64,000 bases of DNA from assembly GCA_041917695.1 (NCBI GenBank), contig JAYRXE010000037.1:536173-600172 (forward strand), in the 5' to 3' direction. This DNA is from Minisyncoccota bacterium (GTDB lineage: Bacteria > Patescibacteriota > Minisyncoccia > UBA6257 > GWB1-50-10). Positions within the stretch are counted from its first letter, which is position 1. Every line of letters begins with the position of its first letter. A program made the position numbers and the translations under genes. Positions 1 through 9,429 of the stretch are shown here, one piece after another. The notes beneath the pieces were generated by a model. It saw nothing but the letters and a program-made list of their open reading frames with translations. It was not told the origin of the DNA and did no database searches.

Positions 1-485
1 ATAGCGCCAATCTCATTATTTCCATGCATCACTGACACGAGCGCCGTCCGTTCGTCGAGCGCTTTACTTACTTTCTCGAAGGAAACTCGTCCGTCCGTTT
101 CGGGATCTACAAAAACCACTTCGACCCCCTCTTCCCGGAGCGCGCGCGCAAGCTCAAAGATTGAGGCGTGTTCCACGGAAGATACGACAATTTTCGGCTG
201 TGTTCCCGGAAAAGCATTTCTGAAACAGCTAACGACTCCCCGCACATATGCATTGTTCGCTTCGGTCGCCGAGGAAAAGAAAATCATGCCCCGGAAATCG
301 GTTTGGAGCGCCTTCGCGGCGTATTCGCGGGCTGTATCGAGCGCCGCCATCGCCTCGCGTCCGAATCCATGGATTGATTCCGAATTGCCGAAAGCCGACG
401 AGAAAAAAGGGAGCATTTTTTTCAGCACCCGCGGGGCGACCGGCGTTGTCGCCGCATAGTCCAGGTAAAGCCTCTTTCGGTCCAT
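1..485 (-). CDS. iscS: Cysteine desulfurase (IscS/NifS family), N-terminal part, runs off the window edge
   Basis: Manual translation MDRKRLYLDYAATTPV...GNSESIHGFG...SSATEANN...SSVEHASI...VSVMHGNNEIG matches class V PLP desulfurase motifs. Not in the ORF track. Confidence 0.9.
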   Translation of the reverse strand, partial: MDRKRLYLDYAATTPVAPRVLKKMLPFFSSAFGNSESIHGFGREAMAALDTAREYAAKALQTDFRGMIFFSSATEANNAYVRGVVSCFRNAFPGTQPKIVVSSVEHASIFELARALREEGVEVVFVDPETDGRVSFEKVSKALDERTALVSVMHGNNEIGA

Positions 486-589
486 ATGGCTTGGATTATA
501 GGTTCACCCCGCCCGTTCTCAAATTGACTAATTATTTTTTTTGTTATGTACTGAGCTCAGTAAATTACGAACTATACAAGGAGGTTCCT

Positions 590-1042
590 GTGGAATTCAT
601 ATATTCCCCAAACAAATTGCCCATCCTCTGCGCCTATGGGGTACTCCGCACTTCCTCCGGCGAAGTTATCGTAGTGCAGGACAGAAAGGACATAGGCTCA
701 AAAAGAAAAAAATTCCCCGGCGGGAAGATAAAACTCGAAAAAGATGGGACTCCGCTTGAAACGCCCGAACAAGCTCTCGTGCGCGAACTTAAGGAAGAAA
801 TCACGCTTATCCGGCCGATAACCTTAGCGGACATGCTCGTGAAAGAGAAGCCTCACCAGGCGCATGCCATGGCTTTTTATTTCATCGCAGAACCCGTGTC
901 ACTTGAGGAACTCGCCCCGGGAAGAAAGGTTCAGGCGATCCACGCGCTTACCCATGCCGAGCTTCAGAGAGAGATGCCGTGGATGCTCGATGCGCATGGC
1001 GAAATCGCAAGCACACTCACCTTTCCCGTCTCCGCAGAATGA
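590..1042 (+). CDS. NUDIX hydrolase
   Basis: Nudix box PGGKI..(insert)..ETPEQALVRELKEE. GTG at 590 is preceded by AAGGAGG; the ORF-track start at 248 overlaps iscS. Confidence 0.8.
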   Translation: MEFIYSPNKLPILCAYGVLRTSSGEVIVVQDRKDIGSKRKKFPGGKIKLEKDGTPLETPEQALVRELKEEITLIRPITLADMLVKEKPHQAHAMAFYFIAEPVSLEELAPGRKVQAIHALTHAELQREMPWMLDAHGEIASTLTFPVSAE

Positions 1043-1077
1043 TTTGAAAAACAAAGCCCTTTATCGGGGCTTTTTAT

Positions 1078-1548
1078 TTATTCGGCCGATTTGCGAAACA
1101 TCCTATGGATATCGAGATGCCGCAATAATATCAAAAGAATCACGACGAGCGCCGTTGCGGCAACCGCAAACGTCGTGAGCCCCAAGCCGCACAAGAGACC
1201 GATCGCCGCGACGAGCCATACCGTCGCCGCCGTCGTTACGCCATATACGTGCACGCCGTGCTGGACGATAATTCCCGCCCCTAAAAAACCGATGCCAACT
1301 ACGATATTTCCGATAAGGATCATCCAGCCGCTGTTTCCCGCAATGATGCGCGAAAGCTCTTCACCGTTAGAGGCGACAAGATGCGGGAGCAGCAATCCCG
1401 CCATGGTGAATATCGCCGAGCCGGCGGCAACCAATACGTCCGTTCGAAGGCCCGCGGCCTTGCCGGCCAGCTCGCGTTCAACGCCGATAATGGCGCCGAG
1501 CAGGATGGCAATCCCGAGCCGGATCAACATATCGTCAAAGGGAAGCAT
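1078..1548 (-). CDS. mgtC: MgtC/SapB family membrane protein
   Basis: IGVERE..GKAAGLRT, IVVGIGFLGAG and GVTTAATVW motifs; TGcTATACT lies 8 nt upstream of the ATG. Confidence 0.9.
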   Translation of the reverse strand: MLPFDDMLIRLGIAILLGAIIGVERELAGKAAGLRTDVLVAAGSAIFTMAGLLLPHLVASNGEELSRIIAGNSGWMILIGNIVVGIGFLGAGIIVQHGVHVYGVTTAATVWLVAAIGLLCGLGLTTFAVAATALVVILLILLRHLDIHRMFRKSAE

Positions 1549-1570
1549 ATGCATGAAGTATAGCAAAAAT

Positions 1571-1595
1571 AAAAACCCCGTATAACGGGGTTTTT
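1571..1595. terminator. Intrinsic terminator of the upstream lipoprotein gene
   Basis: AAAAACCCCG-TATAA-CGGGGTTTTT hairpin with A/T tails. Confidence 0.75.
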
Positions 1596-1617
1596 ATCTA
1601 TATTTCGCAAATGCAGA

Positions 1618-1950
1618 TTATTTGCTTTGCGGAAATGGGAGAGGGGGAAGTAAAACCGTATCTTTTTTATCTACAGGGGACGGCTTATTCTTCTCGTCAA
1701 ACTGCGAAACAACCTCAACATTCTTTAAGCTGTCGCACGGCACGCATGCGATTGAAAGGACATTCAAACCTGGATAAGAAGTGGATCGTACCGTCGCAAA
1801 ACAGAGACCCGTTCTCGTATCTTTTACATACACAAGTTTTTCTACTACTTCTTTCGTTTCATTTTCGGAAGCCGTTTTTAAAGATGTGCGACTACCGCAC
1901 GCAGAAAAAGTTACTGCCAGTAACGCATATAAAACAAACAGTTTTTTCAT
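1618..1950 (-). CDS. Small putative lipoprotein, AT-rich orphan
   Basis: MKK + hydrophobic stretch + FSAC lipobox-like motif; GAGGT SD; own promoter and terminator. Confidence 0.7.
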   Translation of the reverse strand: MKKLFVLYALLAVTFSACGSRTSLKTASENETKEVVEKLVYVKDTRTGLCFATVRSTSYPGLNVLSIACVPCDSLKNVEVVSQFDEKNKPSPVDKKDTVLLPPLPFPQSK

Positions 1951-1989
1951 TTGTATTACCTCATTTAAGTTCTTAATTATTCTAATTTA

Positions 1990-2018
1990 ATTATAGCAGT
2001 TATTTAGTATATTGTCAA
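1990..2018 (-). promoter_or_regulatory. Perfect sigma70 promoter
   Basis: TTGACA-17 bp-TATAAT with TG extension. Confidence 0.85.
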
Positions 2019-2120
2019 TATCCCATTTATTGACCCTGAATCGAGGGAAATAAAAAACGCCAAGGTGAACCCAGGCGTTTCTATCCCTACAGCAGAATAG
2101 CCCAATCTAGATATCCCTCT

Positions 2121-2567
2121 CTACTTCTCCGATTTCAATACTTCAAAATCCTTCAAGACTTCTTCGGCGTGCGTTTCGGGCGTTACCTTTGCATACGCCT
2201 TCCGCACGATTCCCTCCGGATCGATAAGATACGAGATGCGCTTCCTCCCCTCCTCATCGGCGCCGTAGGCGTGAATGACCGCCTGTTCGGCATCCGAAAG
2301 GAGCAAAAACGGAAGGGAATATTTCTCCGCAAACTGCGCATGGCTTTCAGGAGCGTCCTTTGAAATGCCGACGATTTCCAATTCGGAATCCTTGAATGCC
2401 GGGAAATTGTCGCGCAAGACGCACGCTTCTTTCGTGCATCCCGGCGTGTCGTCCTTGGGATAAAAATACACCAAAATCCACTTCCCGCGGTAATCGTGGA
2501 GCGCATGAGGCGTACCCGCCTTATCGGGAAGGATGAAATCGGGCGCGAGCGTGTTTTCGAGAACCAT
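2121..2567 (-). CDS. bcp: Peroxiredoxin Q / bacterioferritin comigratory protein
   Basis: YFYPKDDTPGCTKEAC motif; start reassigned to MVLENT. Confidence 0.92.
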   Translation of the reverse strand: MVLENTLAPDFILPDKAGTPHALHDYRGKWILVYFYPKDDTPGCTKEACVLRDNFPAFKDSELEIVGISKDAPESHAQFAEKYSLPFLLLSDAEQAVIHAYGADEEGRKRISYLIDPEGIVRKAYAKVTPETHAEEVLKDFEVLKSEK

Positions 2568-2574
2568 ACGGGAA

Positions 2575-3552
2575 TTACTCAGAAAGGAAGCGCTCCGTGA
2601 CGGCGAAGGAGCCGATGCGGTGAATCTTCGGGCAGTCCATCTTCGCCGGCGCGCCGATCGGGAGCGTGAGCGAGGGAACGTCGTGGCCGAAATCCGCGCC
2701 GAAGAGAATCGGGAAATTATATCCGTCGGTCGCGCCCAAAACCACGTCTTCAAGCGCCAAAGGCTTATCAAGCGCGGCCCACAGGTCGTTATCACCCTCG
2801 ATCGGCTCGAGGTTCGTGATTTTCCCGACCACCATGCCTTCGATCTTCTTGAAGACTTTCGCAACGCGAAGGCGCCACAAATAATTATCTATCTCCTCGA
2901 TGGTGGCATTCACTTCTTCCCAAAAGAGTATCTTCCCGTCCCACTTCGGCTCATACGGCGTGCCAAGCAAGCTGCACAGAATATTCAGATTGCCGCCGAC
3001 GAGCTCCCCTTCCGCGCGCCCGGGCTTCAAGGCCTTCCATTCGGTGAACGCTTTGTATTTCTCCGGCACACCCTTCATAAGGGAGTCCTTCAACGACGTT
3101 GCCGTGTATTTGCCGCCCTTCGTGCGCGGCGAATCGAGCGTTTCAATCGTCGGGCCGTGGAACGTTACGAGTCCGGTCTTCTGGTTTATCGCATTCAAGA
3201 GCGTCGTGATATCGGAAAACCCGATAAACACCTTCGGGTTTTTCTTTATGAGGTCCCAATCGATGTCGGGCAGAAGCTGGAGCGATGCGTAGCCGCCCGC
3301 CGTGCAGAAGATCCCCTTCACCTCGTCGTCCGCGAACATCGCGTGGAAGTCGGAAAGGCGGTCCTCACGCGGCCCCGCCTGGTAGTTGCCATGCACCGCA
3401 AAGGCGCGGGGACCGAGCTTCGGCTTGAAACCGAGGCTCTCAAGGACTTTAATGCCGTACGAAAGGTCCTCCTTCGAAACGACGGGGCTCGAAGGCGAAA
3501 TAACGCCGATTATATCTCCTTTTTTCAGTTTTGGGGGCTTTATCGGGTCCAT
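2575..3552 (-). CDS. ldcA: LD-carboxypeptidase (peptidase S66)
   Basis: GGY, IGFSDIT, GGNL, WEE and FGH catalytic motifs. Confidence 0.9.
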   Translation of the reverse strand: MDPIKPPKLKKGDIIGVISPSSPVVSKEDLSYGIKVLESLGFKPKLGPRAFAVHGNYQAGPREDRLSDFHAMFADDEVKGIFCTAGGYASLQLLPDIDWDLIKKNPKVFIGFSDITTLLNAINQKTGLVTFHGPTIETLDSPRTKGGKYTATSLKDSLMKGVPEKYKAFTEWKALKPGRAEGELVGGNLNILCSLLGTPYEPKWDGKILFWEEVNATIEEIDNYLWRLRVAKVFKKIEGMVVGKITNLEPIEGDNDLWAALDKPLALEDVVLGATDGYNFPILFGADFGHDVPSLTLPIGAPAKMDCPKIHRIGSFAVTERFLSE

Positions 3553-3651
3553 AATAGGGGGTGGGGTTTTGAAGCCTCGGGATTATACCCGGAATGGCCC
3601 TTCCCGGCAATCAGAGGTATTTTTGCCCTTCACATGTATACTTAAAGCCAT

Positions 3652-4203
3652 ATGGAGCATAAAAAACTCGGCGATAAGACCCTTTTCCTCTTTGTTTTAA
3701 AGCGGAGCGGGTTCTTTTTTCTTTCGCTCATCGTACTCTTTGCCGTCATCGGCTTGTGGGGAATACTTCCGGAATCCCTGCAACGGTATGTGGCGCTCGC
3801 AAATTTTCTCTTTGTCGTTTTCGTGCTCATTGTCGCGGCGGCGACCTTCGGCATCGCCTCCCTGGAATACCGCAATTACACCATCTCCGTCCTCGAGAAA
3901 AACGTGAAAATCACCCGCGGCATCCTAAACCGCGTCGAAATCGGCATTCCCTACCGCCGCGTGAAGCGCGTCGACATTATTCGTACGCTCATGTGCCAAC
4001 TTCTCGGCGTTTCGAACATCCTCATCACGACCCTCGGCGACGATGACGAGACGTCGCACGACGACGAAGTATTGCTCCCCTACATCGCAAAGCCGCTTGC
4101 CGAAAAAATCCAGCACGAAATCCTCCAGCACGCCCAAGTGGAGCAGATTGCCATGGCGCATCCCGGCGCCTCTCCCGAAGAAACGGCTTCCCGGCAGGGC
4201 TAA
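3652..4203 (+). CDS. Membrane protein with bacterial PH domain
   Basis: Two TM helices followed by ITRGILNR..IPY.RV pattern. Confidence 0.75.
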   Translation: MEHKKLGDKTLFLFVLKRSGFFFLSLIVLFAVIGLWGILPESLQRYVALANFLFVVFVLIVAAATFGIASLEYRNYTISVLEKNVKITRGILNRVEIGIPYRRVKRVDIIRTLMCQLLGVSNILITTLGDDDETSHDDEVLLPYIAKPLAEKIQHEILQHAQVEQIAMAHPGASPEETASRQG

Positions 4204-4763
4204 GCGTAGGAAGGCGGCTCCTCGCGTATGCCTGAACGGAAATTCGCGTAACGGGCGAAGGCATACAAAATCGAAGACAGCCGGTTCATGAATTTCCGCG
4301 ACGATTCACTGAGCGTCGCTTCCCCTTCCTCGCACGCGTGTACTACGCGGCGCTCCGCGCGGCGCGCGATAGTGCGCGAAAAATCAAAAAAAGCGGCGAG
4401 TTCGGTTCCCCCCGAAACGAAAAAACTTGCGATGGGAGGCATTTCACGCTCCACATCGCCGATGACGTCTTCGATGTATTTCACGCGATCTGCCGATACC
4501 GATTTTTCAGCGCCTGCGAGTTCAGCCTGCACAATGAAAAGCGTGTGCTGGAGCGTTTTAACTATATCCCCCACCTTCTCCTTCCGGCTTATGATTTCCA
4601 AATTTTTTGCATACGCTTTCACCTTCAGCACGCCCAACAGTGAATTTATTTCGTCCACGGTGCCCAACGCTTCCGCACGCAGCGATTTTTTAGACTGACG
4701 CACTCCCTTCGGAGAGTCGAAAAACTTCGTTGTCCCGTCGTCGCCCTTCCCCGTGTATAACAT
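4200..4763 (-). CDS. pduO: PduO-type cob(I)alamin adenosyltransferase
   Basis: YTGKGDDGTT, GTVDEINS, RTIARRAER and NRLS motifs. Confidence 0.92.
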   Translation of the reverse strand: MLYTGKGDDGTTKFFDSPKGVRQSKKSLRAEALGTVDEINSLLGVLKVKAYAKNLEIISRKEKVGDIVKTLQHTLFIVQAELAGAEKSVSADRVKYIEDVIGDVEREMPPIASFFVSGGTELAAFFDFSRTIARRAERRVVHACEEGEATLSESSRKFMNRLSSILYAFARYANFRSGIREEPPSYA

Positions 4764-4880
4764 GCAGGCAATATATCACAGCCGTTTCGGCGCATCACCT
4801 ATTGACTGACATAGAAAAAAGACGGACAATAGTGAAGTTAATTAACAATATTTTTAACTTCAACCGCTGCGGAGGCGCGT

Positions 4881-5069
4881 ATGCTCTACATACAAACTGA
4901 TGGAAGCGACTTTCCGGTAGGAGGCATCCCTGAAACCGTTTTAACCCCTAAAGGAGCCGAAGAATTCGGCTTTGGAATCCCCCACGGGGGAAAAAGGACG
5001 AGGGATCTCATCAAAGAAGTTCGCTCACAAAAAGCAGGCACGGACGAAGACGAAGACGGCGATGAATGA
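4881..5069 (+). CDS. Small orphan protein with acidic tail (62 aa)
   Basis: TTGACT-17-GACAAT promoter (4802-4830), GGAGG SD and downstream hairpin terminator (5101-5125). Confidence 0.6.
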   Translation: MLYIQTDGSDFPVGGIPETVLTPKGAEEFGFGIPHGGKRTRDLIKEVRSQKAGTDEDEDGDE

Positions 5070-5134
5070 CGACTCAAAGGAGAGGAACAAAGACGATTTT
5101 ACCCGGCTATTCCAGCCGGGTTTTTATTTGAGGC

Positions 5135-5590
5135 CTACCGTATCCGCTTCATCAATCCCCACGCCGCCGAAGGGAGATACAGTGCGGCGGTCTTCGTATA
5201 TTTGAAGAAGCTCTTTCCGGTTTCATACGCCTTCCGGATTTTCATAAAACGAGGTTCGAGAATCGCAATGAGTGAAAGCGTAAGACCCATGATGGCTATG
5301 TTGTCGAGGGTTGCCGCGAGCGTCCGGCCCACTACGGCGAACGAAACACCCCCGCTTTTGGGAGCGAGATAGAGCACCTGCAGAAGTGTCTCCTGGAAAA
5401 AACCGTACGCCCCGAAGAAAAACGAGGCCCACAAGAGGTACAACGCCGTCTTGGGGACGAGAAAAAGCTTCTCCTCCGCGCGGTCTGCGTCGTACTGCTT
5501 TATCCGCTCAAGCACCGCCCCGCGCATCAGCGAGAAGTCAGCCTCCGGCGCCGATTGCTCGAAGTATTTTTGTATCTTTTTTTTCATCAT
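5135..5590 (-). CDS. Putative membrane anti-sigma factor
   Basis: Overlaps the ECF sigma stop codon; TM segments. Confidence 0.55.
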   Translation of the reverse strand: MMKKKIQKYFEQSAPEADFSLMRGAVLERIKQYDADRAEEKLFLVPKTALYLLWASFFFGAYGFFQETLLQVLYLAPKSGGVSFAVVGRTLAATLDNIAIMGLTLSLIAILEPRFMKIRKAYETGKSFFKYTKTAALYLPSAAWGLMKRIR

Positions 5591-6231
5591 ATGGACGTGT
5601 GCGATGTTTTGGGGTGAAGCGTTGCGATGCGGTCTGCTTCAGCCTGCTCGGCGCGTTCCAGTTCCCGCGCAAGGTATTTGCGGCCCCGGTGGAGGCGCGT
5701 CTTCACCGTGTTTTGAGAAATCCCCAAAACTTCGGCAATCTCCTCAATGCTGAACTCGTTGTAATAAAACAAGGTGATAGTCTCTTTGTAATGCAACGGC
5801 ATGTCGGCAAGCGCGCGCTGTACACTTTCGGATTCTTCCCGGCGCATAAAGGCGATTGCGGCGCTCGTATCGTCTTCGTCCGCCGCATGAAGCTCGAGGT
5901 TCGCCGCATTTCCTTCGAGCACTTCGCGGGTATACAGGCTCTTCAACTTTTTTGCGCTTGAAATCGCCACATTGTGGGCGATGGCGAAAAGCCATGAGGG
6001 GAATCGCTCCCGTTCCCGGCAGTACCGCAAATTCACATAGGCTTTATAGAAAGTGTCCTGTAAAAAGTCCTCGCAGTCCTCTTTCCGTCCGGCAATATGC
6101 CACAAATACCCAAAAACCTTCTTTGAATACCGGTCGAAAAGCACCCCGAAAAGCTCGCTATTCCCCAACAGCACGCGTTCGATAATCTCCTTATCGGAAA
6201 AAGCCGTAGTGTTATGAGAGGCGTATTTCAT
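5587..6231 (-). CDS. ECF RNA polymerase sigma factor
   Basis: Region 2 EDFLQDTFYKAY..FPSWLFAIAHN and region 4 SIEEIAEVLGISQNTVKTRLHRGR; start at MKYASH. Confidence 0.92.
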   Translation of the reverse strand: MKYASHNTTAFSDKEIIERVLLGNSELFGVLFDRYSKKVFGYLWHIAGRKEDCEDFLQDTFYKAYVNLRYCRERERFPSWLFAIAHNVAISSAKKLKSLYTREVLEGNAANLELHAADEDDTSAAIAFMRREESESVQRALADMPLHYKETITLFYYNEFSIEEIAEVLGISQNTVKTRLHRGRKYLARELERAEQAEADRIATLHPKTSHTSI

Positions 6232-6544
6232 AAAAAAGCGGAGCCCGGCATGCAGGAGCGTATACCGCACTCGCCTGCAAGCCCTTCCCTGTCTGTATAA
6301 CGTTTCTAGCGATGCCTTCGCTACGTAGACGCCTTCCCCTCCCTCAAGGTTCCCGAAGCGCCCGACGGGAACCTTCCTTTTCCTGGAGCGTCTTTCCCTA
6401 GTGAAACCCATACGCCATATGTCACGAGACAGTCCGCGCCTTCCTCCGCCTCAACTCAATAGGTAAACCAACCAAAGGGATACAAACGAAGAAATAGTGA
6501 CGCCCCTCCCCGTGTGCGGAGGGGTTTTTGGAACACAACGCAAG

Positions 6545-6574
6545 GTCACGCCTTCGGAAGCGGGTCGTCATACT
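6545..6574 (+). promoter_or_regulatory. Putative ECF-sigma promoter GTCACG-N15-CGTCATACT
   Basis: Same motif and spacing at 49244-49273; variant upstream of the second ECF gene. Confidence 0.65.
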
Positions 6575-6624
6575 TTCATGCCTCCTGTGTGGGGTGGAAA
6601 GGTCGAAAAAATGCATTTCTTCAT

Positions 6625-6867
6625 ATGCCCCGATACGGACCGAAAGCACAGCGAAAGACGAGGCGCGTGATGCGTGAATTCAAGGAAGGGAAACTAAAAA
6701 GCGGACGAAGCGGAAAAAAAGCGACCTCCCGCAAACAAGCCGTCGCTATCGCCCTTTCGGAAGCCCGCAAAAGCGGTGCAAAGGTACCCGCACCCTCCCG
6801 ACGAAAAGCGAAACGAGAGGCTCCGCGCAAAGGAAAAAAGAAGGGGCGTTCATCGAAGAAGAAATAA
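6625..6867 (+). CDS. Small basic DUF6496-like protein
   Basis: VMREFKEGKLKSGRSGKK.TSRKQAVAIALSEARK.GAKVP signature. Confidence 0.85.
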   Translation: MPRYGPKAQRKTRRVMREFKEGKLKSGRSGKKATSRKQAVAIALSEARKSGAKVPAPSRRKAKREAPRKGKKKGRSSKKK

Positions 6868-6873
6868 CACGCT

Positions 6874-7023
6874 ATGCTCACGACTATCGCCATCATCCTC
6901 CTTATTCTGTGGCTTTTGGGCTACATCGCATTTCCGACGCTCGGGTGGTTCATCCACATCCTGCTCGTCGCCGCGATTGTGATATTCCTCATACGCATCA
7001 TCCAGGGCCGGAATCCTGTCTAG
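6874..7023 (+). CDS. Small membrane protein, lmo0937/DUF5670 family (49 aa)
   Basis: Manual translation MLTTIAIILLILWLLGYIAFPTLGWFIHILLVAAIVIFLIRIIQGRNPV; below the ORF-track cutoff. Confidence 0.85.
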   Translation: MLTTIAIILLILWLLGYIAFPTLGWFIHILLVAAIVIFLIRIIQGRNPV

Positions 7024-7077
7024 ACTAAAAATGCGCAAACAGTCTCAATAAAAAACCGCCCACGGGCGGTTTTTGCG

Positions 7078-7842
7078 TCACTTACGCGACGCAGAGAGTT
7101 CTCTGAATGCCGTTTCCCAATAGGCATACGCGGACTGCTGGATGCTGTTTTCAACAAGGGGAATAGGGTGCGACACCATATATTCCGTCCCCTTCTCAAC
7201 GCCAAACGTTTCGAAAATGGGGCGCACCAGCCAATATCCTCCGTCATACGCCGCCCGTTCATACTCGGCCGGGGAAAAATCATCGCGCTCCAGGTCTTCG
7301 ACAAACATTTCGATTTCAGTCTTATCGCTCATGATGCTTTTCCCGAAATATTCCCCGACGCCTTCCGCAAGCATGTCTACCAACAGTCCCGACTTGGTGT
7401 CTCCGAATTCATCCAGGGGCCATTGTCCCAATCCCATGCGCCTGCTCACCTGGTCGGCGTAGGCGTGCCCCAATTCGTGGCAGACGACAAAGCGCGCGGC
7501 AGCGAGGAGGGAGGTATCGGATTTTCCAAAAAGCGTGTCTTTCTTAAAATCGTCCGGACTTGCCTCCATTTCGGCATACCGGGGAACAAAGAAGAAACGT
7601 TCCGTACCGGGTTCATAGCAGGCTTCAAAGGTCTGTGATTCGCTCATTTGAAACGGCTCCGGCATTCCGAAGACCACCGTCGGGCTCCACCTTTTTTCGA
7701 ATGCGATGCCATGGGTCCTTTCAAGGTATTCCACGGATGCCGAAAGAAGAGCGCGAAAGCGCGTGGCGCTTTCTTCGTCTTGGGCGCGGCACGCCGTCGT
7801 TACGCTCCATAGGCAGGCGATGAAAATCACGAGATGTCTCAT
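7078..7842 (-). CDS. Secreted zincin-like metalloprotein
   Basis: Signal peptide, HELGH and downstream EGVGEY; GGAGGT SD and AT-rich leader. Confidence 0.65.
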   Translation of the reverse strand: MRHLVIFIACLWSVTTACRAQDEESATRFRALLSASVEYLERTHGIAFEKRWSPTVVFGMPEPFQMSESQTFEACYEPGTERFFFVPRYAEMEASPDDFKKDTLFGKSDTSLLAAARFVVCHELGHAYADQVSRRMGLGQWPLDEFGDTKSGLLVDMLAEGVGEYFGKSIMSDKTEIEMFVEDLERDDFSPAEYERAAYDGGYWLVRPIFETFGVEKGTEYMVSHPIPLVENSIQQSAYAYWETAFRELSASRK

Positions 7843-7898
7843 GCATGCACCTCCGTTTTAAATTTATAAAATTTCCTGCCCTTATTGTAACAAAAAAA

Positions 7899-8813
7899 TC
7901 AGTCGAAAATCCCGATGCGATACGTATCTATCTCCCGCTGGTCCAGGTCGTAAAAATACTTTTTCTCCGCATGCAGTTTCGTGGCAAGCGCCACCCCGAC
8001 AAAGCGCCAATGCCACGGTTCAAACTGGTAATACGCGTTATTTTTCGGATACGAGAGCACGAATCCGTACCGATAGGCGTTTGCCGTGAGCCAGGCGTAC
8101 TCCGGCGTGTTTTCAAAGGAGACGCTGAGCGTCGGGCCTGTCCGTGTTGCCACGATATCGACGGCCGTGCCGAGCTGATGCTCGGAATACCCCTGGTCTG
8201 CCGAAAACTGGTTTGCCCCCGACCCGTATATGACACGATACCCCGTTTTTACCGCAGTCTGTTCGTCAAACGAGCGGTATGCGGAAACGACGGCAAGCGA
8301 GGACGAGGCCGCGCGGGACGCCTCGATCATGCGCGAAAGATAGGGTACGACGCGCGCATGCGCGTACATGTCCTTTCCGGCGATCGCTCCGTAACTCGGC
8401 GGCACCTGCGCAATCTCGCGCGGAACGTAATGCTCGTTCAAAAAATAAACTTTTGAATATTTTTCAAGAAGTTCCTTGTCGAGCGTTGAAAGTTTCTCGA
8501 GCGTTCCGACCGCGCTCGAAATCCCGCGGATTTGCGACTCAAACGCGTCATTTTTTGATTTTTCCTGCGTGAGCGACCGGGAAAGTCCCTCACTCTCCTC
8601 CTGGGATACAGCAAGGTCGTTTTGAAGCGATGCAATGCGTGCTTCGAATTCCGCCGTCTTCCGCGCCAATTCTTCCCGCGCTGCTCCGAGATCCGTTTCG
8701 GACCTTTCAAACTTGCCGGCTAAATCAAAGTATCGATACCCGCCGTACCCCGCAACGAAAAGCATCGCCAGGGCGATTGCGGGAAATATCATTGAAGACG
8801 TATGGATTTTCAC
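7899..8813 (-). CDS. D-Ala-D-Ala carboxypeptidase (VanY/M15) with N-terminal anchor and coiled coil
   Basis: SAYRS, SEHQLGTAVD and EPWHWR motifs. Confidence 0.9.
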   Translation of the reverse strand: MKIHTSSMIFPAIALAMLFVAGYGGYRYFDLAGKFERSETDLGAAREELARKTAEFEARIASLQNDLAVSQEESEGLSRSLTQEKSKNDAFESQIRGISSAVGTLEKLSTLDKELLEKYSKVYFLNEHYVPREIAQVPPSYGAIAGKDMYAHARVVPYLSRMIEASRAASSSLAVVSAYRSFDEQTAVKTGYRVIYGSGANQFSADQGYSEHQLGTAVDIVATRTGPTLSVSFENTPEYAWLTANAYRYGFVLSYPKNNAYYQFEPWHWRFVGVALATKLHAEKKYFYDLDQREIDTYRIGIFD

Positions 8814-8827
8814 GGATGAGATTCCAA

Positions 8828-8904
8828 TGGGGTGGATGACGGGTCATGATCCCGCGACCTCCGCTTCCACAGAGCGGCGCTCTACCAACTGAGCTACATC
8901 CACC
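8828..8904 (-). tRNA. tRNA-His(GTG)
   Basis: Cloverleaf with G-1, anticodon GTG and encoded CCA; atypical T-loop ATCATGA. Confidence 0.9.
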
Positions 8905-8979
8905 ATAGGCTCGAAGAAAACGCAGTTTTCTTCTTCCCCCAGGATAGTATGCTACAGGCTTTTTCTCAAGGAGAACGCT

Positions 8980-9396
8980 TTATTCCCCCAGCCACTCTTT
9001 CGGCAAAAATTTCCTCAACTTTTTCTTTTCCGCATCCTTTTTCTTCGCTTCCTGGAAGCGCTGTTCGGCGGATTTGGAGATGCGCGTCGGAATACGGCGC
9101 TTCGGCTTTATGAGTGCCTGTGCGATTGCTTCGCGAAGATGGTTAAGCGCGCGTTCCCGATTCGCTTCTTGCGAGCGTTCTTCGTCGCTTTCCGCTTCAA
9201 GTTCGTCCGCCTGCGTGATACGCGAAGCAAGTTTTTTCCGGAGACGCTCCTTGTCTTCCGGCGACACGAGGATTTTTTCGACCGGAAGCCACACTTGCAC
9301 TTTTGTCGAACGCTTGTTCACGTTTTGTCCGCCGGGACCGCCTGAGCGCGCGGATTTCATTCGCACATCGCGGTCGTCGAAGAGCTTCATCTTCAT
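8980..9396 (-). CDS. arfB: Alternative ribosome rescue factor B
   Basis: RSGGPGGQNVNK, RSQ..NR and basic tail PKRRIPTR. Confidence 0.93.
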   Translation of the reverse strand: MKMKLFDDRDVRMKSARSGGPGGQNVNKRSTKVQVWLPVEKILVSPEDKERLRKKLASRITQADELEAESDEERSQEANRERALNHLREAIAQALIKPKRRIPTRISKSAEQRFQEAKKKDAEKKKLRKFLPKEWLGE

Positions 9397-9429
9397 ATGA
9401 ATAGGATTATTCTAGAGTATAATGAACCG

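Noticed and set aside
248-589. ORF-track N-terminal extensions (Nudix, bcp, ECF sigmas, 29727-32399, infB and others)
   Set aside because: They overlap neighbouring genes or promoters; downstream starts fit the motifs and promoter spacing better.
2533-3645. Long antisense ORFs (also 24131-24883, 25225-26367, 44467-45375, 46794-47930, 59790-60995)
   Set aside because: They shadow well-supported genes on the opposite strand in GC-rich DNA and have no motifs or start signals.
6419-6466. Tiny ORF MSRDSPRLPPPQLNR before a terminator
   Set aside because: No SD or properly spaced -10 box, and too short to distinguish from chance.
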